Source of the DNA: Promethearchaeota archaeon
GTDB lineage: Archaea; Asgardarchaeota; Lokiarchaeia; Sigyniarchaeales; SOKP01
Assembly (NCBI GenBank): GCA_004524535.1
Contig: SDNY01000127.1
Location: 1-10,395 of the forward strand
Direction of reading: 5' to 3'
Length of the DNA stretch: 10,395 nucleotides
Shown here: positions 1 through 6,791 of the stretch, piece after piece
Numbering within the stretch: position 1 is the first letter of the stretch
How the letters are laid out: each line of letters begins with the position of its first letter
Notes under the pieces: model-generated
The model's database searches: none
What the model was told of the DNA's origin: nothing
What the model saw: only the letters and a program-made list of their open reading frames with translations
Translations under genes and position numbers: made by a program

Positions 1-264
1 CGGGGTTTTAGACTAATTAAATCAGGTAATGCAGATCTTATTATTTTAGATATAAATTTACCAGGGATGAATGGCGTAAAAATTTGTAGAGAATTGAGAA
101 AAATTCAAAAATATAAAAAAACACCTATTCTGGCATTTACGGCTTTAGATATGAATGGGGGGCAGGAACATATTCTAAATGCAGGATTTGATCTCTGTAT
201 TCCTAAAACAGCAAGTTTATCTTACATAGTAAAGATTATTAAAAAATATCTCCAAATAATTTAG
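1..264 (+). CDS. CheY-like response regulator receiver (REC) domain protein, 5'-truncated by the window edge
   Basis: Frame 1 is open from base 1 (RGFRLIKSGNADLIILDINLPGMNGVKICRELRK...). It has the phospho-acceptor motif DLIILD-INLPGMNG, the conserved Thr in 'PILAFTA' and a Lys after 'AGFDLCIP'. The ATG at 67 is the internal Met of PGMNG, not the start. Confidence 0.92.
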   Translation, partial: RGFRLIKSGNADLIILDINLPGMNGVKICRELRKIQKYKKTPILAFTALDMNGGQEHILNAGFDLCIPKTASLSYIVKIIKKYLQII

Positions 265-1118
265 CGTCTTTGCCTTTGTTGCCTTTGTTGCCTTTGTTGC
301 GGCGGTGTTTGTTCTTGACGATAGACAGGAATAATTTTAGATGTAAATTCTTCAAGCGTATAGGGAAATTCGTCCTCACTTGAAATCTTACCTAATTCAA
401 GCATAATTTGTCTTGCTAGAATCCAAAATACTAAACCTAACGCTTTCTTGCCTCGATTATTAGCCGGAACCGCAAGATCGATGCCAACAAGTGTGTCATC
501 GGTGTCAAATAAAGACACTACTGGTATCCTTGCTAATTGAGCTTCTCGTAAGATCACTTTATCGGCATGTGGGTCAATAATTACCACGACTGACGCGTCT
601 TTAACGTACGTATCTATAATTGGGTTGGTTAAACTGCCTGGAATGAACCGATTGACGATTGCTCTGCATCCAAGGACTTCGCAGAACTTCTTAACTGGTT
701 CTTTACCGTATCGTCGAACAGAACTAACAATTATTCTATCACTTCCTTCCTCAACGTATTTTGATAAAAATTTAGCCACTATTTTTAAACGTTTATCAGT
801 CTGTGTTAAATCTATGACATATAATCCATAATTAGTTTGTCGATAAATAAATCTTCGAGCATCTCCAGATAACAATTTAGTGCCAATATGAATTCCACAA
901 GATAAATAGAGTTGTTTTTGAGCCTCATCTTTATCAATTAATTTTTCCTCTAATTCAAGCTCTTTGTCCAAATCCTCAGTGTCAAGCAAATCCAGTTCTT
1001 CTTCAAGATCAATAAAATCATCCTCAACAAAATCGTCCACAAAGTCTAAATCAATTTTGTCATCTTTTTTCTCTTTTTCTTCTGTTGATTCAGTGTCCTT
1101 ACTTTTCTTTTTAGCCAA
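261..1118 (-). CDS. rps2: 30S ribosomal protein uS2, archaeal/eukaryotic (Sa/RPSA) type, with N- and C-terminal extensions
   Basis: Motifs GIHIGTK, GLYVIDL, RFIPGSLTNP, IIDPHAD, EAQLARIPVVSLFDTD and DLAVPANNRGKKALGLVFWILAR. TTG start preceded by an SD-like AAGGCGG. Confidence 0.97.
   Translation of the reverse strand: MAKKKSKDTESTEEKEKKDDKIDLDFVDDFVEDDFIDLEEELDLLDTEDLDKELELEEKLIDKDEAQKQLYLSCGIHIGTKLLSGDARRFIYRQTNYGLYVIDLTQTDKRLKIVAKFLSKYVEEGSDRIIVSSVRRYGKEPVKKFCEVLGCRAIVNRFIPGSLTNPIIDTYVKDASVVVIIDPHADKVILREAQLARIPVVSLFDTDDTLVGIDLAVPANNRGKKALGLVFWILARQIMLELGKISSEDEFPYTLEEFTSKIIPVYRQEQTPPQQRQQRQQRQRR
270..300. repeat. 9-bp tandem repeat (TTGCCTTTG x3.4) encoding the QQR repeats at the uS2 C-terminus
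   Basis: Three exact copies at 270-278, 279-287 and 288-296, plus a partial copy at 297-300. On the minus strand these read as QQRQQRQQRQ. Confidence 0.9.
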
Positions 1119-1497
1119 GCAAGCCGCCTTTATTATTTTTATTTTTTGTATTTAATTTGTTCAGTTTCTAATTCTTTAATTATAAAAAATTGTATAAATA
1201 ATAAATTTTTTGATTAGATTAATATAATTTCAATAAAAAACAGTTAAATGTGAATAGATTTTTTGAATAATATTTTCTTCATAAGAGATTATATTTTTAT
1301 AATTAAAATTAGAATTTAAGAAAAATTAGGGATAATATAATTTAGCTCCTATTCAATAGTATTAATAATGAAGAATTTAGAGAATTATCCTAATATAAAT
1401 GACATTTATATTCATAGAATAAATAATTTTATCAATTTTTTCAATCATTTCTGTAAATAACTAAAACTTAAACTTAATTATTTATTTATAAATCTTA
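1119..1497. promoter_or_regulatory. Very AT-rich divergent intergenic region, presumably holding the rps2 and HD-gene promoters
   Basis: About 380 bp between divergently transcribed genes, with many TTTA(T/A)A TATA-like boxes on both strands. The functional boxes cannot be pinpointed. Confidence 0.55.
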
Positions 1498-2049
1498 ATG
1501 GTAAAAGAAAAAGCAGAAGAACTACCTATCGTTTTACCCGATCGAGATTTTGCATTAGAACTGTTAAAAAAATTAAAAGTTCCTTATAGTGTTCGGCGAC
1601 ATTCTCTGAAAGTATGTGAAAAGGCTTTAGAAATTGCAAATAAAATTAGGAAAGCAAATATCGATATAAATTTAATTGAAATTGGCGCTATTCTTCACGA
1701 TATTGGAAGATCTAAAACACATGGATTTCAACATGCATTATTAGGTGGTAAAATTTTAAGGGGAAGAGGATTTCCAAATGAAATCGCACGTATTTGTGAA
1801 ACTCACATTTTAGGAGGTTTAGATAAAGAAGATGCTAAATCTGTGGGATTACCTAACAGAGATTATCTTCCAGAAACCCTCGAAGAAAAAATTGTTTGTC
1901 TTGCTGATAAATCAATGGCAGGAAGGAGAGAGGTTTCAATTGATAAGAGATTTCAAATTTGGTTTGCAAAATACGGGAAAAGTAAAATTTTATTAAAATC
2001 TAAGAAAAGAATTAAAGAAATTCAAAAAGAAATACAAAATTTAAGTTAA
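1498..2049 (+). CDS. HD-domain (HDIG) metal-dependent phosphohydrolase, archaeal TIGR00295-like family
   Basis: H...HD...D signature: RRHSLKV, GAILHDIGRSKTH, HALLGGKILR, ETHILGG, LPETLEEKIVCLADK. Confidence 0.9.
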   Translation: MVKEKAEELPIVLPDRDFALELLKKLKVPYSVRRHSLKVCEKALEIANKIRKANIDINLIEIGAILHDIGRSKTHGFQHALLGGKILRGRGFPNEIARICETHILGGLDKEDAKSVGLPNRDYLPETLEEKIVCLADKSMAGRREVSIDKRFQIWFAKYGKSKILLKSKKRIKEIQKEIQNLS

Positions 2050-2054
2050 ATATC

Positions 2055-2555
2055 TTATTTTGAAAGCTTTTTCTTTAACTGGTTGATTATTCCACCTTCA
2101 TTTAAAATTTTTGTTAAAAATTCAGGTATCTTTGCGAATTCAACTTTAACGTTTTTAGTTTTATTAAAAATAACACCTTTATCGAGAGAGATTTCCAATT
2201 TATCTCCTTTAGAAAATGTTTTTTCATTCCACTTGTTTAAAGTAATTCCAGGTATACCTACATTTATTAAATTCCTAAAATAAATTCGTGCAAATGATTT
2301 GGCGATAATTGCTTTAATTCCGAGAATTTTAAAAACATTAACAGCTTCTTCTCTGGAACTACCTGTCCCAAAATTTTCTCCAGCAACGATTATATTTCCT
2401 TTATTAATTTCTTTTACAAATTGAGAGTCTATAAATTCTAATGTACATTTAGCCATTTCATGAGGATCCCTCATAGTAAGAGTATGACTTGGAACAATAT
2501 CATCTGTATTGATATCATCGCCTAAAATGTAAGCAAAACCATTTATTTCATCCAT
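2055..2555 (-). CDS. leuD: Isopropylmalate isomerase/homoaconitase-family small subunit (LeuD/HacB/DmdB type); substrate uncertain
   Basis: GDDINTDDIVP, IIVAGENFGTGSSREEA, IAKSFARIYFRNLINVG and ILNEGG. Lies immediately downstream of the large subunit. Confidence 0.9.
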   Translation of the reverse strand: MDEINGFAYILGDDINTDDIVPSHTLTMRDPHEMAKCTLEFIDSQFVKEINKGNIIVAGENFGTGSSREEAVNVFKILGIKAIIAKSFARIYFRNLINVGIPGITLNKWNEKTFSKGDKLEISLDKGVIFNKTKNVKVEFAKIPEFLTKILNEGGIINQLKKKLSK

Positions 2556-2558
2556 TTA

Positions 2559-3812
2559 TTACAACACCTCACGAGGATCTGTAATTTTACCATAGATGGC
2601 AGAGGCAGTAACAGTAGCAGGAGATGCCAAATAAACTTGAGAACTGGCTGCACCCATCCTACCTACAAAATTTCGATTCGTCGAACTAATACATACTTCC
2701 CCCTCTCCTAATACACCCATATGCCCGCCAATACAAGCACCACAAGTAGAGTGAGTGACTACAGCACCGGCATTTATAAATATATCTAGTAAGCCTTCTT
2801 TCATGGCTGTTATATATACTTCTTTAGAAGCTGGTGTGATTATAAATCGAGTTTTTGGATTTATCGATTTTCCTTTTAGAATTTTCGCTGCTATCCTTAA
2901 ATCCTCGATTCTTCCATTTGTACAACTTCCAAGAAATGCTTGATCAATTTCAATACCTTCCACATTTTCAATTTCATCTGCATTTCCCGGACTGGAGGGT
3001 TTAGCCACCATTGGAATAATTTCTGATAAATTATATTCAAGAGTTTTTTCATAAATTGCTTCTTTATCAGGGTGAATAATATTATATTCTTCTTTACTAC
3101 GCTTTTGTATCCAACTTTCTAATTTATTATCAGATAAAAACACGCCAAATTTTGCCCCTGCTTCAACTACCATATTAGAGATTGTCATTCGTCCATCTAT
3201 TGAAAGAGAATCTATGCCATGAAATTCTAATGATTTATAGATTGCTCCTTTTGTTGTAATATCACCAATAATTTTTAGAATAATATCTTTTGACATAACT
3301 CCTTTATTTAGTTCCCCTACAAAATTTATTTTATATGATTCGGGAACTTTAAACCATAATTTACCAGTAGCAAAAACAACTGAAACATCAGTAGCTCCGA
3401 TACCAGTAGATAAACAATTAAACGCTCCATAAGTAGTTGTATGACTATCGGAGCCAACAATTAACATTCCTGGTCGTGAAAAACCCATTTCTGGTAGTAC
3501 TTGGTGGCAAATTCCTTTATCCATTCCTATATTATGAATAAAATTATATTTTTCGGCAAAAGCTCTACAGTCTTGATGCATTTGAGCTGCGGATATTGTG
3601 GGGGCCGGAACCCAATGATCTAATATAAAAAAGATTTTATTTGGATCCCAAACATAATCAATTCCAAGTTTTTCATATTCTTTATGAATTCTTCCTCCTA
3701 ATTGCTCGTGAACCATTATTAAATCAATATCACATTCAACAAACTGTCCGGGTGATATCTCTTTTAAATCCGAATGTTCTAATAATATTTTTTCTGCTAC
3801 TGTCTTGCTCAT
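2559..3812 (-). CDS. leuC: Isopropylmalate isomerase/homoaconitase-family large subunit (LeuC/HacA type, [4Fe-4S])
   Basis: KTVAEKIL, DHWVPA, GICHQVLPE, GSDSHTTTYGA, Fe-S ligands GSCTNGR and CGAC, and SSTNRNFVGRMG. The ATG at 3812 (MSKTVAEKI) is preferred over the ORF-track start at 3824. Confidence 0.92.
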   Translation of the reverse strand: MSKTVAEKILLEHSDLKEISPGQFVECDIDLIMVHEQLGGRIHKEYEKLGIDYVWDPNKIFFILDHWVPAPTISAAQMHQDCRAFAEKYNFIHNIGMDKGICHQVLPEMGFSRPGMLIVGSDSHTTTYGAFNCLSTGIGATDVSVVFATGKLWFKVPESYKINFVGELNKGVMSKDIILKIIGDITTKGAIYKSLEFHGIDSLSIDGRMTISNMVVEAGAKFGVFLSDNKLESWIQKRSKEEYNIIHPDKEAIYEKTLEYNLSEIIPMVAKPSSPGNADEIENVEGIEIDQAFLGSCTNGRIEDLRIAAKILKGKSINPKTRFIITPASKEVYITAMKEGLLDIFINAGAVVTHSTCGACIGGHMGVLGEGEVCISSTNRNFVGRMGAASSQVYLASPATVTASAIYGKITDPREVL

Positions 3813-3817
3813 TCTTT

Positions 3818-5101
3818 TTAACACACTATTTCGTGTTCTTCACTTAATAATTTATAATCTTCATCAAGCATTAAAATTACTCTTCGAGCAATGATGCATG
3901 CTTCTACTAAGATTTGAGGATCAACCTTATCTGGTGTATCAATTTCACTATGAGTATAAAATGCAGCATCTTTAGTAGAAATATCAACGGCACTAAAACT
4001 CCTTAAATGAAATGGAACAGAATCGGTATGTGCTCCTGTTGTTATATGAAAACCATGAAGTTCAACATTTTCCTCTGATGCTGCGTTTTCCAAATATTTA
4101 CTGAGAATTGGAGCAACTTTTTTACGAGGAATAAATCCGTAAGATTTTAAATACTCAAGTCTATTTCCTCTTTTGCGTTTTGCTGCTGAAACCATATCAA
4201 AATTTAATTGAAAGATCTTACCTTTAATGAATTGGTCTTCATGATTATTTACAAAAATTCTTGAGCCCATCGTTCCTAATTCTTCTGCAGAAAATTGGCA
4301 GAACCATATATTAAAATTTTCTAAGAGATTATCCTTAAAAAATCTACTTAATTCAAATACAATAGACATTCCAGAGGCGTTATCTAAAGCACCGGGGGAT
4401 TTATTTTGAGTATTGAGAAATATTAATAATAGATTTGAGAACGAAATTAAACCCGTTAATATCCAAATGCCAATTTGTAAGATTAAATAATTAAGCTCTA
4501 CAATGCAATAATAACAAAGCAGTGAAGCAATATAAAATCCTCCAAGAATAATTCCGCAAAATAACCATATTCGATAGGAAATAATTCTCCAGGCGGTTTT
4601 AAAGGTTTGAGATTTGGAATCAAGATGAGCAGATATTATAATATTACCTGCTTTTTCAATTGGCATAGATTTCGCGTTTAGTTTCACAAAAACATTTGTG
4701 GCTTGAATAGTTTTGCCGAAATATTCTCCCCAGAATCCTTTTTCTTCGGGATGCTTTAATCCTCTTATAATTAAAAAAACTATTAATGTCATCAATCCTA
4801 TTATAAAAAATGTAAAGAGGATGTTAAGGTATATAGCTAAAACAAAAACCAATAGAGCGTTTAAACTAATTATACCTATAAATTTAACAAGCGTCGTAGA
4901 GTAAAAATCGGAGAATTCAAATTTTTCTTTTATAATCTCATTCTCAGTATATCCTATTTCTTTAAATGTATCAACAGTCAACTTTACTGCTTCTTTCTCA
5001 CCATCACTTCCTACAAGTCGAGGAAAACTAAATTTTTGAACATTTTTATAAATTCTATCTTTACTATACCAATGATTATTAAGAGGAGCTTCTGTATTCA
5101 C
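3818..5101 (-). CDS. M28-family zinc metallopeptidase with two inserted transmembrane hairpins
   Basis: FPRLVGSDGE, ISAHLDS, PGALDNASG, SAEELGTMGS, LNFDMV, TDSVPF and YTHSEIDT, so the expected Zn ligands and catalytic Glu are present. Hydrophobic segments at about aa 71-112 and aa 179-229. GTG start. Confidence 0.88.
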   Translation of the reverse strand: MNTEAPLNNHWYSKDRIYKNVQKFSFPRLVGSDGEKEAVKLTVDTFKEIGYTENEIIKEKFEFSDFYSTTLVKFIGIISLNALLVFVLAIYLNILFTFFIIGLMTLIVFLIIRGLKHPEEKGFWGEYFGKTIQATNVFVKLNAKSMPIEKAGNIIISAHLDSKSQTFKTAWRIISYRIWLFCGIILGGFYIASLLCYYCIVELNYLILQIGIWILTGLISFSNLLLIFLNTQNKSPGALDNASGMSIVFELSRFFKDNLLENFNIWFCQFSAEELGTMGSRIFVNNHEDQFIKGKIFQLNFDMVSAAKRKRGNRLEYLKSYGFIPRKKVAPILSKYLENAASEENVELHGFHITTGAHTDSVPFHLRSFSAVDISTKDAAFYTHSEIDTPDKVDPQILVEACIIARRVILMLDEDYKLLSEEHEIVC

Positions 5102-5173
5102 AATTTATCTTAGTTCAATTAGGATTATTAAAGTTCAATCTTAAAACTAGAAATAAAACAAAGGATTAATTTC

Positions 5174-5785
5174 TTATTCTTTTAATTTATTAATTACAAT
5201 TTTCTGAATTTGTTTTTGTGTAAATTCAATAATATCGTCCGTATTTATTACAAAATACCGTTTTTTTTTCGCACGTTTTAAATAGAGATCCCTTACTTTA
5301 TCTAAAAAAGGGGTTTCTTCAAATTTTTCTAAAGCTCCAGACTTGCGCGCCAGAGAGATTCTAGGATCGATATCTAATATAATAGTTAAATCTGGTTGAC
5401 CAACAAACTTATTAAGTTCTTCTATCCAATCAATAGATATTTCATCAGATTGTACTGACTGATATATTATGGAAGATTCAAGATAACGATCTGATATGAC
5501 AATATATCCTTCGTCAAGTTTCTTCTTAATTTCATTATGATAATGGAGGTCTCTATCTGCAGCAAATAAAAGAGCATCTGTAGTTGGTGGAATACTATTA
5601 TCCTTCAAGAATTTTCTTAATATGACTCCAATTTCGCTTTTAGAAGGTTCTTGAGTTAAATGAACTTTAAGTTTTTCATTCTTTAAAAATCCCTCAAGTA
5701 GGCGGCTATGAGTGGTTGTACCGCTACCATCCAATCCTTCCAAGACTATAAATACAGATTTTTGAGTTAGATTCATTTTTTTCAT
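5174..5785 (-). CDS. tmk: Thymidylate kinase (dTMP kinase), P-loop variant
   Basis: FIVLEGLDGSGTTT, TQEP, LLFAADR, VISDRYLESSIIYQ, PDLTIILD and EKFE. The P-loop Lys is replaced by Thr. Confidence 0.9.
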   Translation of the reverse strand: MKKMNLTQKSVFIVLEGLDGSGTTTHSRLLEGFLKNEKLKVHLTQEPSKSEIGVILRKFLKDNSIPPTTDALLFAADRDLHYHNEIKKKLDEGYIVISDRYLESSIIYQSVQSDEISIDWIEELNKFVGQPDLTIILDIDPRISLARKSGALEKFEETPFLDKVRDLYLKRAKKKRYFVINTDDIIEFTQKQIQKIVINKLKE

Positions 5786-5891
5786 TTAAATCAAATATTT
5801 AAAAGTATAAAAATTATAAGAGAGTATTGTTTTTGAATATCTTAGGATTTAATTCATTTTGAAAAAGTAAAAAATTAAAGAAGATTATATT

Positions 5892-6260
5892 TTGACAAGC
5901 ACTACTCCAATGGGTTATTGTCCGCACTGTCAGCAGAACGTTTTACTACATAGAGAGCCAATTGATCCGATGTTAGCCATTATTTTGATCTGTTGTACAT
6001 TCGGAATTGGTTTTTTCATTTATTTAATTATATATTATTCAAAATCCGAAAACAGATGCGTTCATTGCGGTACACAAGTTACAGCATTACCAAACCAATA
6101 TTCTCAGACTATTAGCCAGTTGCCAAATCAACAACAAGCTCAATTTAGCCAAGTTAAGCTAATTGAATCTGATATAGTGAAATATTGTCATTTATGTGGA
6201 GGAAAATTAGATAAACATACCCAAAATTTTTGTCCTCATTGTGGTAGTAAAATAGATTGA
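5892..6260 (+). CDS. Small membrane protein: LITAF/BRI3-like CxxC-hydrophobic-CxxC domain, Gln-rich linker and C-terminal zinc ribbon
   Basis: CPHC, then a 42-aa spacer containing MLAIILICCTFGIGFFIYLIIYY, then CVHC. C-terminal CHLC...CPHC. TTG start (alternative ATG at 5910). Confidence 0.8.
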   Translation: MTSTTPMGYCPHCQQNVLLHREPIDPMLAIILICCTFGIGFFIYLIIYYSKSENRCVHCGTQVTALPNQYSQTISQLPNQQQAQFSQVKLIESDIVKYCHLCGGKLDKHTQNFCPHCGSKID

Positions 6261-6269
6261 TTTTTTTTT
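6261..6269 (+). terminator. Putative archaeal oligo(T) terminator
   Basis: A run of 9 T directly follows the TGA stop of 5892..6260. Confidence 0.55.
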
Positions 6270-6406
6270 CTATTATACACCAATTTTGATAATATATTTT
6301 TAAATATTATTCTAAATCGGTTCTATTTTATGGTAAAAATTGGACTCGAGATCATTTTAATATTAGCCATACTGCCTTTTATTTAATTACTAAAAATTCA
6401 AAATAA

Positions 6407-6412
6407 GAGGTA
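6407..6412 (+). promoter_or_regulatory. Shine-Dalgarno-like ribosome-binding site
   Basis: GAGGTA a few bases upstream of the TTG at 6419. Confidence 0.6.
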
Positions 6413-6418
6413 ATAAAT

Positions 6419-6760
6419 TTGGCATCATTAGGTTATTGTCCAAATTGTAAAAAAAACGTAGATAAAGAAAAAGGAAGTTTTAGCTTTTTGTTAGCGTTCA
6501 TTTTAGCTTTTACAGGTATAGGATTAGTCATATATATTTTATACTATATCGACCAAAAGCCAGAATATTGTGAGTTTTGCCATGCACTCTGTGAACCACC
6601 ACAATTAGAAAACAAATCTCAACAACCTAAAGAACTAGAAAATATGACTCCAAAATTAATAACTAATGAAAAAGTAAGATTTTGCTATAACTGTGGAACT
6701 GAAATAGAATATAGAGATGAAGCTAAAATCTGCGATTTTTGCGGAGATAATATAGTATAA
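6419..6760 (+). CDS. Paralogous small membrane protein: LITAF/BRI3-like domain and C-terminal zinc ribbon
   Basis: GYCPNC, then a 40-aa spacer containing FSFLLAFILAFTGIGLVIYILYY, then CEFC. C-terminal CYNC...CDFC. Aligns with the preceding ORF. Confidence 0.8.
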   Translation: MASLGYCPNCKKNVDKEKGSFSFLLAFILAFTGIGLVIYILYYIDQKPEYCEFCHALCEPPQLENKSQQPKELENMTPKLITNEKVRFCYNCGTEIEYRDEAKICDFCGDNIV

Positions 6761-6791
6761 AAATTTTAATTTTCTTTTTTAATCTTCTTTC

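Noticed and set aside
67-69. ATG at 67 as the start of a 65-aa protein
   Set aside because: The upstream in-frame sequence encodes the REC phospho-acceptor strand, so the gene begins before the window.
625-1155. Plus-strand ORFs 625..831 and 964..1155 (Ser-rich)
   Set aside because: Antisense shadows of rps2. The Ser richness simply mirrors the Asp/Glu codons of the acidic tail.
1119-1497. Replication origin, CRISPR leader/array or RNA gene in the AT-rich gap
   Set aside because: No ORB-like G-string repeats, no adjacent cdc6/orc1, no regularly spaced direct repeats and no GC-rich structured segment.
1498-2049. HD protein as a Cas3-HD or other defence nuclease
   Set aside because: It fits the small stand-alone archaeal HDIG family, and no cas or defence genes are nearby.
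2083-4904. Plus-strand ORFs 2083..2283, 2755..2943, 3641..3847 and 4713..4904
   Set aside because: Short, motif-free ORFs antisense to the well-supported leuD, leuC and M28 genes.
6258-6420. Selenocysteine readthrough or frameshift at TGA+T9 fusing the two zinc-ribbon ORFs
   Set aside because: An in-frame TAA follows 14 codons later, the TGA does not align to a Cys position, each ORF is a complete unit, and the second has its own RBS.
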